A stretch of DNA of 64,000 bases from Alphaproteobacteria bacterium. Its GTDB lineage: Bacteria; Pseudomonadota; Alphaproteobacteria; MPNO01; UBA830. Both the position numbers and the translations under genes were made by a program. The notes beneath the pieces are model-generated. The model made no database searches. It had not been told where the DNA came from and saw only the letters and a program-made list of their open reading frames with translations. Positions 35,881 through 45,233 of the stretch are shown piece after piece. Where the stretch lies: assembly GCA_964291215.2 (NCBI GenBank), contig OZ219790.1, positions 1,664,001-1,728,000 of the forward strand, written 5' to 3'. Numbering within the stretch: position 1 is the stretch's first letter; each line of letters begins with the position of its first letter.

Positions 35881-36264
35881 ATGCCCGTGAACAAGGAACA
35901 CAAGGAATTCCATGCTCTGGATTTCGGCGGCGAATGGGAGGTTCCCGAAGGCTATCCGGAAGGCATCAAGCAGAAGATCCTCGTCGGGCATCTCGACGAG
36001 GTCAAGAAGACCGGCGGCCGCACGCGGCTTCTCAAGTTCGAACCCGGCGTCTTCACCACGAAGCCGTTCACGCATGACTACTGGGAAGAGGTCTACCTGA
36101 TCACCGGCGACCTCATCGTCGGCAATGACGAGAACGGCAACGGCGGCCGCAGGTTCGATCCCAACACCTATGCGTGCCGCCCGCCGGCGACGCCGCACGG
36201 CCCATTCAAGTCGGACGAAGGCTGCGTTTTGCTGGAAAGTCACTATTACGACGAAGGTACCTGA
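35881..36264 (+). CDS. cupin domain protein (ChrR-like)
   Basis: HDYWEEVYLITGDL and YACRPPATPHGPF cupin motifs; good RBS. Confidence 0.82.
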   Translation: MPVNKEHKEFHALDFGGEWEVPEGYPEGIKQKILVGHLDEVKKTGGRTRLLKFEPGVFTTKPFTHDYWEEVYLITGDLIVGNDENGNGGRRFDPNTYACRPPATPHGPFKSDEGCVLLESHYYDEGT

Positions 36265-36297
36265 AGGCCGGCCCGACGATCGCTGGAAGAGCGCAAC

Positions 36298-37668
36298 ATG
36301 ACCGACGCGATGAAACCCGTTCTTGAGTTGCAGGCCGCGCTCTGGAGCGGCAAGACGACGAGCCGCGAACTCACGGAACAGGCGCTGGCGCGCATCGACG
36401 ATCCCGACGGCGAAGGCGGCCGCGCCTTTCTCGCCGTTCACCGCGACGCCGCGCTTGCCGCCGCCGACGCCTCGGACCGGCTGCGCGCCCACGGCATCGT
36501 GCCGTCGCCGCTGGCCGGCCTGCCGGTTTCGCTGAAGGACCTGTTCGACGAGCAGGGACAGCAGACCCGCGCGGCGTCGCGGGCGCGGGACAACGCGCCG
36601 CCCGCCGCCCGCGACGCCACCGTGACGGCGCGGCTTCGCGCCGCGGGCGCGGTCCTTATCGGACGCACCAACCTCACCGAATTCGCCTATTCCGGACTCG
36701 GACTCAACTGCCATTTCGACACGCCGCGCAACCCTTGGGACCGCGCCACCGGCCGCATACCGGGGGGCTCCTCCTCGGGTGCCGGCGTGTCTGTCGCTGA
36801 CGGCATGGCGGCGGTCGGCATCGGTACCGACACCGGCGGATCGGTACGCATACCGGCGGCCCTGAACGGGGTGACCGGCTTCAAGACGACGACGGGGCGG
36901 ATACCGTGCGACGGTGTATTTCCGCTGTCCTCGACGCTAGACAGCGTCGGGCCGCTGGCGCCTACGATCGCCTGCTGCATCGTCGCCGAGGCAATAATGG
37001 CCGCCAGTCCGCCGGCAGTCCCCAAGGCACCGCCGCTCGGCGGGCTCCGTTTCGCCGCGCCGCAGCATTACGTACTTGACGATCTCGACGCGCATGTCGC
37101 GAGCGCGTTCGAAGCCGCCCTGCAGGGGCTTTCAAGGGCCGGCGCGTCCGTCACCGAGATCGATTCGCGGGTCTTCGAGGAAATCCCGGGCGCAATGCCC
37201 CATGGCGGCATTCTCGGCGCCGAGGCGTTCGCCCTGCATCGCGGGCAGATGGACGAGAAGAAGGACCTCTACGACCCGCGGGTCTGGATCCGCATCCGGC
37301 GCGGAGAGAATCTCTCAGCCGCGGACCTTATCGACTGCCACGCCATGCGCCGGGACATCATGGTCCGGGCCGCCGAGATCTCCATGTCGTTCGACGCCCT
37401 GCTGATGCCGACATGCCCGGCCATAGCTCCGCCGGTCGCAGACCTGGACGAGGACGACAAGGCCTACGGACAGGCCAATTTCCTGATGCTCCGCAACACC
37501 ACCGTGGGCAATTTCCTCGATGCCTGTGCGCTGTCGCTGCCCTGCCACGCGCCGGAAACCGCTCCGGTCGGGCTGATGGTCATGGCCGCGGGCCACCACG
37601 ACGGCTGGCTCGCGCGGATCGGTCTGGCCATCGAGGGCGCACTGGCTGCATCCCGGAACGTGTCCTGA
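36298..37668 (+). CDS. amidase-signature family amidase
   Basis: SLKDLFD, PGGSSSG, GTDTGGSVRIPA. Confidence 0.93.
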   Translation: MTDAMKPVLELQAALWSGKTTSRELTEQALARIDDPDGEGGRAFLAVHRDAALAAADASDRLRAHGIVPSPLAGLPVSLKDLFDEQGQQTRAASRARDNAPPAARDATVTARLRAAGAVLIGRTNLTEFAYSGLGLNCHFDTPRNPWDRATGRIPGGSSSGAGVSVADGMAAVGIGTDTGGSVRIPAALNGVTGFKTTTGRIPCDGVFPLSSTLDSVGPLAPTIACCIVAEAIMAASPPAVPKAPPLGGLRFAAPQHYVLDDLDAHVASAFEAALQGLSRAGASVTEIDSRVFEEIPGAMPHGGILGAEAFALHRGQMDEKKDLYDPRVWIRIRRGENLSAADLIDCHAMRRDIMVRAAEISMSFDALLMPTCPAIAPPVADLDEDDKAYGQANFLMLRNTTVGNFLDACALSLPCHAPETAPVGLMVMAAGHHDGWLARIGLAIEGALAASRNVS

Positions 37669-37727
37669 ACCACCGCCGCCCGGGCGCGGCGCCACCCACC
37701 CGGGCGGCGATGTGCCGCGAAGCCCCC

Positions 37728-39218
37728 CTACTCGGCGGCCAAGCTCGCGCCACTGCGGCCAAGTTCGTCCTCAAGACTGTAGCTGTCGAGCACGGAATCG
37801 ACCAGCTCCGCGGCCCGGTCCCAGTCATAAGTGCGAAAGGCGTGCGCGCGCGTCACGAACTGCGCGCCGGCGTAGAACATCTCGTACTGGGCATGACGGC
37901 TCGCGAACTCGGAACCGATCGCATCCCAAGCCAGCTTCATGAACTTGACCTTTTCCTCGGACGAGCCGACGGCCGATTTCTGCGTAGCGTGGATCAGGGC
38001 GTTCAGTTCGGGATTCGCGAAGTCGCGCGCCGAAGACGGAAGCATGATCAGCCCGCCACCGGCAAGCTCGCGTATCGAGGTGATGAATTCCGGGTACAGC
38101 TGCTGCGTAAGGACCTGCGCGGTATACATGAGATTGCGATCCGGCACGTAATAGCCATTGTACTCGCCACCGCCTGATTCCATGCCGTAGACCAGCCCCT
38201 CGACCATGGCCGTCTGAGCAGCCAAGTGCCCCAGCCTCTCCGCCACCGGCGGCATGCCGATGGTGCCGATGGTCTCGCAGATTCGCCGCGCCACGCCGAC
38301 GAGGAACTGCATCTTGACCATCAGGCGAATCTGCGCCTGGTAGTTCTGCATGTAGTGGGCGTAGGTGTCCTGGAACTGGGCGCGGGCGGTGTCGGCGTCG
38401 CGATAGATGAAGACCCTTTCCCACGGCACCTTGACATCATCGCAATAGACCAAGGCGTCGTTCTCGTCGAACCGGGCCGACAGCGGATAGTCATAGGCCG
38501 TGGTGACCGATGCCTCGTAGGAGCGCCGCGACATGATCTTCAGCCCCTTGGCGTTCATCGGCAAGGCGAAGGAGATGGCGTATTTCTCCTCGCCGGGCTT
38601 GAGCGGCTGGATGTTCGCGAACAGGACCTCGTTGGCCATGATCGAGCCGGTACCGAGCATCTTTGCGCCACGGACCGTGATGCCTTCGGAATCCTCGTCG
38701 ACGACGCCGGTGGCAAGATACTCGGCCGGCTGCTCTCCGGTGGATTTCGAGCGCTCCGCCTGAGGATTGATGATCACATACGTCATGTAGACATCATTGT
38801 CGCGTGCCCACTGGAAGTACTCCCAGAGCGCCGCCGCCCGCTCCGGCGAATGCCGCTCGAAGACGGGAAGCCCCATGACCTGCCCGACCATCGACGACGC
38901 AATATGATCCGGAGAGCGCCCCAGCCAACCGCCGGAGAGCCTTGACCATGCTGTGATCGCCTTGCGGCGGACGACGAGTTCCGCATAGGACTTCGTAAGC
39001 TGCCAGCATCGGTTCACCCGCTCGCCCGATGTCGGGCTTTCGAACGTCATGTATTCGACATGATCGGGTTGGGCCTGGAAATCGTACAGCCCGGCCGCCG
39101 TCTCGACGGCATTCCGGTATGCCGGATGCGTCGTCACGTCATCGACCTTGCCGCCATCGAGATAAACCTCGCGACCGTCGCGAAGCGATTGCAGATGTTC
39201 CGCTCCTGTCTTTGGCAT
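37728..39218 (-). CDS. HpaB-family two-component flavin-dependent monooxygenase, oxygenase subunit
   Basis: LRDGREVY, GRSPDH, RFDENDA, WDAIGSEFASRHAQYEMFYAG; GGAGA RBS. Confidence 0.9.
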   Translation of the reverse strand: MPKTGAEHLQSLRDGREVYLDGGKVDDVTTHPAYRNAVETAAGLYDFQAQPDHVEYMTFESPTSGERVNRCWQLTKSYAELVVRRKAITAWSRLSGGWLGRSPDHIASSMVGQVMGLPVFERHSPERAAALWEYFQWARDNDVYMTYVIINPQAERSKSTGEQPAEYLATGVVDEDSEGITVRGAKMLGTGSIMANEVLFANIQPLKPGEEKYAISFALPMNAKGLKIMSRRSYEASVTTAYDYPLSARFDENDALVYCDDVKVPWERVFIYRDADTARAQFQDTYAHYMQNYQAQIRLMVKMQFLVGVARRICETIGTIGMPPVAERLGHLAAQTAMVEGLVYGMESGGGEYNGYYVPDRNLMYTAQVLTQQLYPEFITSIRELAGGGLIMLPSSARDFANPELNALIHATQKSAVGSSEEKVKFMKLAWDAIGSEFASRHAQYEMFYAGAQFVTRAHAFRTYDWDRAAELVDSVLDSYSLEDELGRSGASLAAE

Positions 39219-39293
39219 ACCCTGTTCTCCCTCCGGGCGCGTCGGTGCAGGCACCACCGTCCGCAATTCTGTTTTGCCGCCAAGTTAAGTCAA

Positions 39294-39687
39294 CCCAAAT
39301 TGGCACTTTTTGTTGCGGCCTGGAATTTTTATCGCGTTGCGCGATTTTTTTGTCGGCCGATTTCAACATGGCACCACATTCTGTTGAATTCTGTCAGCTT
39401 GTGAGGCGGCTCCTCGTGCGGTGGGTTCGACACCAGCCGCCGAGGAGATTTCGGCAATCTCGGCGGCGCGTGTCCTGTCGGTTGACGATCAATGCGCGCA
39501 GGCGCGTGGTGACCCTGGTTCCGCATGCTCTCGCGGATTGATGTCCGGCACTTGTCGATGCCCCACGCGGGGATCAGATACACCGCGGCGAGCACGGCGA
39601 TCAACAGGTGGGCGGCGATGCGCTGGCCGGGCGCAATCCGGGCTCGGATTTCAATGAACGGAAGGTGGCCTCGATATCCATGTCCCG
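39294..39687 (-). pseudogene. IS1634-family transposase, 3' half and probable right end (split by IS110)
   Basis: DIEATFRSLKSE(P)GLRP and RIAAHLLIAVLA fragments; continues at 42197-42328. Terminus at about 39294 is approximate. Confidence 0.75.
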
Positions 39688-39827
39688 AGCATCCATGTTT
39701 CTTGGCAAGGTTTTTGCGGGTGTCTGCGGTGATGTTTTCTGTGGTTGTCCACAAGCGGTGTGGGATTTGCTCTGCGAGCGAGGCGACATGAAGCTTGTGG
39801 TCCCGGCGGCGGGTTGCCGTCCATTGG

Positions 39828-40019
39828 TCACGTGAACGCGGCTACCTTGCCGCCCCCGGGCACGTGACCGTCCGGGTTCCAGGTGTCCCAAGGCGGTTCG
39901 ATCTCCTCGATGTCGGCCTCGACGATGATCTGCAGACATTCTCCCCAAGTCGTGTCGGAGACTGTCGAGACAGTCCCGATCGCGCTCTCGGCAGGGCCGT
40001 GTCTCCTTCGCTCACTCAC
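39828..40019 (-). CDS. small hypothetical passenger ORF in the IS110 right end
   Basis: GTG start overlaps the TGA of the recombinase frame (GTGA, 40019-40016). 63 aa, acidic, no recognised motif. Confidence 0.35.
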   Translation of the reverse strand: MSERRRHGPAESAIGTVSTVSDTTWGECLQIIVEADIEEIEPPWDTWNPDGHVPGGGKVAAFT

Positions 40020-40725
40020 CGGTGCTTCAGGCAACGCTGCTGTCGCAGCAAGGTGTTCGCCAGAGCTTGCGCATCACGGCGACAATAGCGACTTTGTGGG
40101 CCTTGTGGCGCACCAGATCCGCGTTGAAGCGTGCTGCCGAGGTCGCGGCCATGAACAGGAGATCACGTGGCCTCCGGCGCCCGCCTCGGATATGCCGAGC
40201 ACCGTGGCCATCGGCGCCACCCCGATCAAGGCTGCCGACGCTGCCGAGTTCGGGCATCCAGCAAAGAAGGGCTGCGGCGGTCACTGGATCGAGGTCAGGG
40301 TACCTCTGCTCGGGATCACCGGCGATCACCGCTTTGATCGCCGCGCCGGCAATCATCGAGATCGGCCGCCGAAGCCCTTGTGACGGTCTCGCCATCCACC
40401 TCATCTGCCACTTGCCTGGCGTCGACAAGCGCGGCACCAGGAGATCCCCCAGGCAGTTGAGGAAGGCTTCCTGAGGAGCCACAGGCTCGAGATCGCACCG
40501 TGCCGATCTTGGCGTCAACGCGGTTGGCCCAAAGCCTCGGCGAAGCCCTCAACGGGCAGGACAACCTCGAAGCCCCGGTCATGAAGACACTCCTTGCGGT
40601 GATAGCGGCCTGTCGCCCACCACACGGGTTACCTCGAGGCTGCGAAGCCACGTGCCCGTGGCGTCGTTCGTAAAACGACGCCCCAGATGTCCAGACTGGC
40701 TGACCCCTGCTACTACCTTGACCAT
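40016..40725 (-). pseudogene. IS110 DEDD recombinase, eroded
   Basis: MVKVVAGV..RFTNDATG..WLRSLEVTRVV N-terminus; RHIRGGRRRPRDLLFMAATSAARFN..KVAIVAVMRKL C-terminus. Multiple frameshifts; only about 710 bp. Confidence 0.88.
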
Positions 40726-40726
40726 C

Positions 40727-40912
40727 GTTCCTCGCCTTATGATGATACGGTTCAAACCCAAGCATCCATTCAGGACGCAAGGGACGCCAAAGGAGGTTGC
40801 CACGCTCGGGAACGGCTCTATAAAGCCAAGGACGGAACGGCAACCTCCGCGGAGATCGTTTGATCCCCGCTCCCCTGTACGTTCTCACACAGGGGAGCGG
40901 AATCTCTCTGCA
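40727..40912 (-). ncRNA. IS110 bridge RNA
   Basis: 5' 12-bp hairpin (40867-40878/40889-40900). Target-binding loop closed by a 10-bp stem (40792-40801/40839-40848). Donor-binding loop at about 40730-40785. Guide segments match the element ends and flanks. Exact RNA ends are estimated. Confidence 0.85.
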
Positions 40913-41000
40913 ACCATAGCTCTCCCATAGTCGAGGTTATCCACATTTTCCCGCCCCCAACTGCTGTGGATGATTTCATCATCAAGGGGACAAAACCTAG

Positions 41001-42184
41001 CCCCACTTCCAGTCTGAAGTGCAACACCCGGCCCTCATCGCAGTGAGGGCGTAGCCCGAACGGAGATGAGGGCCGGGTGTTGCGCAAATTTTTCCCCTCT
41101 GCCCCTCTCGATTCCGCCTAGGAACAGCTTCAGTTCCTTCAACATCAAGCTTATGCAACGCCTTTGTCGGCTTCAAGCCACTATTTCCCCGTCGCGCGGC
41201 ATGGACCCTGCTGCACGTTGCGGCTTTGGAACGCAGATGGTCAGGGCGGTTTCACTTCAAGATTACCTCCGTCGGCGATCCCAGGACTTTCCGAGTGTTG
41301 AGCCGATCCTTCTGAACATCTTCGTTGCATGTCGCGCGAAAGTCCGTGCCCTTCGGGAAGTACTCCCGCACCAGGCCGTTGGTGTGCTCATTCAAGCCGC
41401 GCTCCCAGGAATGGAAAGGCGAAGAAGAAATCTGCATCAAGTGCGACACGCCTGTGGTCTGCGAACTCCTTGCCGTTGTGATTGTGTGGACCAATAGCGC
41501 ACCAGAGCCGAGCAGGCGGATCATACCGACCGTGTCTTTCTGTCCACCCAGCAAGGTGTATTTCGTGGCACGAGCAACCAGCGACAGCTCCACTGTGAGC
41601 TTTGCCGATGATGGCTCCCAGTCGCCGATCCGTTCCTTTGCCTCCGCAGGGCGCTCGGAAATGTCCACTCGGCCAGGACCCGGCCAGAATGGCATCCGCC
41701 CTTCCAGTTCGGCTTCTTGCCGCGCCGCCGAAGCTTCAAGACACCCCCGGCTCTCCGATCTTCGGCGATCATGGATACGTTCACGGCCCTCCAGTCGAAA
41801 ACGGCCGCTGCTCGGGGCCCTCCCGCAGCTTTTTCTGAGCTTCAACCCGAGGCGTCAACCGCCAGGAAACAGACGAGGCGGCCCTGCGTTTCTGCCATCC
41901 TTTGCGCCTGCTTGTGACGGTAACCCCGTCCCCCGGTGTTGCGCTTGATCTCCCGGAAAATTGTTGATCGGCCCAGCTGCCGAGCAATCGCACCTTGTGA
42001 AAGACCGCTTTTCTGCCTCAATCTGGCATCGCTCTTCGTAGGTGACGGTAGCCTTTGGACATGAACAAGCTCCCTCCATCTTGTACAGGAACTCTCGCCG
42101 CTGCTGGACAGCTCCGCAACATCATGCGTCTAAAAACACATGGCCACAGCCCATCATGTGTTGCACTTCACTATGGAACGGGGG
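41001..42184 (-). mobile_element. IS30-family element, transposase pseudogene
   Basis: 27-bp IRs sharing TGAAGTGCAACAC (41001-41027, 42158-42184), 3-bp duplication TAG (40998-41000, 42185-42187). Fragments EERCQIEA, RIGDWE, PFHSWERGLNEHTNGLVREYFPKGTDF. Confidence 0.9.
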
Positions 42185-42196
42185 TAGTCATATAAG

Positions 42197-42328
42197 GACG
42201 GTCTCCCGGTCGCTGGTGCGCAGGCGTCCGCGGTGTCATCCGCCTTGTCGTCTGTGGCTGAAGCGCACGGCAGTTGCGTTGGCGCCGGCCTTCTCGACAG
42301 TGGTCTCGTAGTGCCGGCGACGGCGGAG
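42197..42328 (-). pseudogene. IS1634-family transposase, segment upstream of the IS110 insertion
   Basis: VARHYETTVEKAGANATAVRFS..LRTSDRETVL leads directly into the CT core. Confidence 0.7.
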
Positions 42329-42447
42329 CAGAGGAGTCTCACGCTAAATTCTGTGTAACTGCTCACCCTCTGATTCCGGCTTGATGTCGGGGTAGAGCAA
42401 CCAACGGATTTTCGTGGAGACATGACACTGTAGATCGATTCGGCTAG

Positions 42448-43078
42448 TCCGAAGTTCCAGAAAATTTCGGCTGATTTCCACCTCAAGTTATTGATTTGGC
42501 GTGGTTTATCGGATTTTCCATACATCAAAATGTACCCATATAATTGTGGGCCGATTTTTGACAGAGAAAAACATATCAGCTATATATAGTGGCCATGTAT
42601 AGTGGCCATGTATATCGAATCCGTCCCCAACCGCTCCTCACCGCCCGCCATCACCGCACCGAACCTCGGGCCCATGTCTTCCTGTGCATGCTCGCCTGCT
42701 ACGTCGAATGGCATGCGCCAGAAACTGAAGCCCATGTTGTTCGACGACGAGGATGCCGAAGGCGCCAGCGCAGGTCTCGGCAAGCGCCCGGGCCGGCAGC
42801 AAGAGGAGCGTTGACGGTGATCCGGTGCACAGCTTCCGTACCCTGATCGACGATCTCGCCACCCTCACCCGCAACACCGTGGCGCCCCGCCTTGCGGGCG
42901 CCGAAACCCTTCCAGCTCACCACGCGGCCCACGCCGGTCCAGAAAAAGGCCCTCGATCTCCTAGGCGTGAAGCCTTGGTGTACCTTGGGCGTGAAGCCTT
43001 GGTGTACCCAGACCGCTGAAATTTATTGAATGTGATTTCTATCAGGCACTTACGTCTGATCGGCTCTGGAACTTCGGG
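42448..43078 (+). mobile_element. IS1634-family internal-deletion derivative (MITE-like)
   Basis: IRs TCCGAAGTTCCAGA / TCTGGAACTTCGGG. MYIESVPNRSSPPAI fused to HHRTEPRAHVFLCMLACYVEWH; PVHSFRTLIDDLATLTRN. Confidence 0.85.
42558..42586 (+). promoter_or_regulatory. sigma70-type promoter in the IS1634 left end
   Basis: TTGACA-17 bp-TATATA just upstream of the transposase start. Confidence 0.6.
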
Positions 43079-43079
43079 C

Positions 43080-45152
43080 GTAAGCATTCGTTCGTGCGGT
43101 GATGACGATCTGCGCTGAGGATTATTTGGGCGGTTGCAAGAAGGGTGCTGGTAATCGGAATTCGGCTGTGCTATCAGGTCGTGCATGGTCATGTGCATCA
43201 AGGATTTCGTGTCATCATCGGGTGCGGACGCCGCTGGCGACGTGCCGCAGTCGTCGTGTAGTGATTCGGCCACCTGGAAGTCCCTGTACGATCGCGAGCG
43301 CATTCGAGCCGAGGTTGCGGAGGGTCGCTGTGAGGAGCTGCGCCTGCGGGAGGTGGAGGGGCCGCGCGAATTCCCTGAAGGCGATTTTCGAGAGCAATCG
43401 TGAGAAGCTGGTAGCTGCCCGTGCGGAGGTCAGGGAAGTTCGGCGGACGGCGAAGCAGCCTCTTGCGCTGAAGCAGGAGGTTGCGCGTCCGGGCCAGCTT
43501 CTTGCCGAGACCGGCGCGCGGAAGCGGTCGACGGTGGTGTCGCTGCGCATGGAGAATGCCGGCCTGAAGACCGCGATGAGGGTTCTGAAGGGTCGGGGCG
43601 GAGAACGACAAGCTTCGTTCGAACAGGTCGTACGGGCGCAAGAGCGAGAAGAGGCAGCGGGCGTCATCGAAGCGCGGCCAGCAGCGCGGCACTCCTGGCC
43701 GCGGCCGGCGTTCGAGGAGGTGGAGGAGCGGCTGGAGGTGGCGGAGGACGCCTGCTCGTGCTGCGTTGCCAACGGTTCGCACCAGGATCATCGAGATCAA
43801 AAGCGGCGGATTGTCCGCCGGGGCTGTGACTGCCCCGGTTCACCGAGCGAGGTGGCGGCCGGCACCGCATTCGGGTGTGGACGCATGTGCTGCACGAGCG
43901 CGTGCATACGGCCCTTGCGCCGCGTCCAGGGGCTTTCGCCGGAAACGCTGGCCAGCGAGCCGGATGCTGCCCCTGTTCGAGCCGCTTCGGGACGCGATCC
44001 TCGCGCACCGGGGTCTGCGCCATGCCGATGCATCCGGGCCCCGAGGGAGGTCCGAAAGTCGCGCCTGGCTCCGGACATCGGTCAGCCGTGACGCGGTCCT
44101 CTCCCTCGCGCAGCGCCGAGGTCGCGGCGAAGCTGTTCGCGGACGCCCCCATGTATCCGGTCTGCGGCCACCGGCGGCCGGTCGGCGTTCGAGGCTGCGC
44201 AGGCGGCGCCGGAGACTGCGGTCTCCGCGCTGTTTGCGGAAGCGCCGAGGCTTCCTAAAGCGGCGCCGGAAGGCAGGCCGCTGCGCTCAACCATCGCGTG
44301 TTCGTCGACCATGGACAACAATTTCGGGAAAAGGGCTGTCAGGGGCCCGGGCGGAAGCCCGGCTTCGGTTCCGACAGCATGGACGGCTGTCATGTACACG
44401 GTACGGTCGCGAGGAGCGGCCTCGACGTTCTGCGCTGGCGCCTGCGCGGAGAACGTCGGCCCGGCGATCTGTCGCCCTGGTTGCCGTGAGCCCGGAGAGG
44501 CGGCGGAGATTCGCAGCGCCGCCGTGAGGTCGAGGGCGCGACTTCATGGTCGCGGAGATGCGGCTGTTGCGACGATCACGGAGCGAACCCCATCGCCCGC
44601 GCCTTCTGCCGCCGCCGGGGGCCCCCCCGAAGCTGATCACACCGCCGCCCCGAAGACCCTCGACGAGCTCCGCCCGCTGACACTGCCTCGGATACACGCG
44701 CTTGGCGGCGCCGCAGATGCGCTACGCGATCCATGCGGCGAGCCGCTGCTTCTCGACCGCCGCATGGAGCGCGCGCTGCAACACCACGCCCGTGCCCTGC
44801 GAGACCCTGGTCGAGGTCCCGCGCCGCGGCGTCTGCCGGCCGCGTCGGAACAACCAGCGGCCGCTACGACCGACATGACAGAAGCCGAAGAAGGACATCT
44901 GGCCCGCTCCGCAAGGACTGGAAGCGGACCCTCAATCGCTGACCCCTGCAACCGGCACGGGATGGCGCTCAGCTCCTCCTCCGCAGCGCCGGGACAAAAC
45001 CGCGACCAATGCGGAAAACACGGCATCGCGCCAGTGCCCCTCACCGCGCATCCCGGTGCACGAAACCGCTCCGGGTGACGCTCGAACTCCCTGACAAAAG
45101 CCCGTCAAACGGACGAAAACAACAACACCTCACCGCACGAACGAACGCTTAC
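43080..45152 (+). mobile_element. IS66-family element with DUF4338 passenger gene, eroded
   Basis: IRs GTAAGCATTCGTTCGTGCGGTGA / TCACCGCACGAACGAACGCTTAC. Transposase fragments MLPLFEPLRDAI..LRHADAS, VFVDHGQQF/MDNNF. DUF4338 fragments at about 44520-44942. Confidence 0.82.
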
Positions 45153-45233
45153 CCAACCCGCCCTCCGCAAAACCCGGGTACTGCCTTGAAAAATCAGACA
45201 TAATTTAGCGCAAGATCGCCTTGGTTGTGACCG

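Larger units (their letters stand above)
39688..42196 (-). mobile_element. IS110-family element (bridge-RNA recombinase type) interrupted by IS30
   Basis: CT core at both ends on the minus strand (42196-42195 and 39689-39688). Removing the element rejoins the IS1634 frame GAG ACC GTC CTC GGG ACA. Contains a recombinase pseudogene and structured non-coding left end. Confidence 0.88.
42329..45223. mobile_element. IR-bounded shell, probably ISAs1-like, filled by later insertions
   Basis: CAGAGGAGTCTCACGCTAAATTCTGT (42329) vs revcomp of the 45223 end CAAGGCGATCTTGCGCTAAATTATGT. The right end resembles the neighbouring ISAs1 IR. No target duplication seen. Confidence 0.45.

Noticed and set aside
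40913-40919. CT-ATGGT next to the bridge RNA as the IS110 left end
   Set aside because: Its flank (GGGAGAG) does not match the left target guide. The junction at 42195-42196 matches both guides, restores the IS1634 frame and gives 17-bp promoter spacing.
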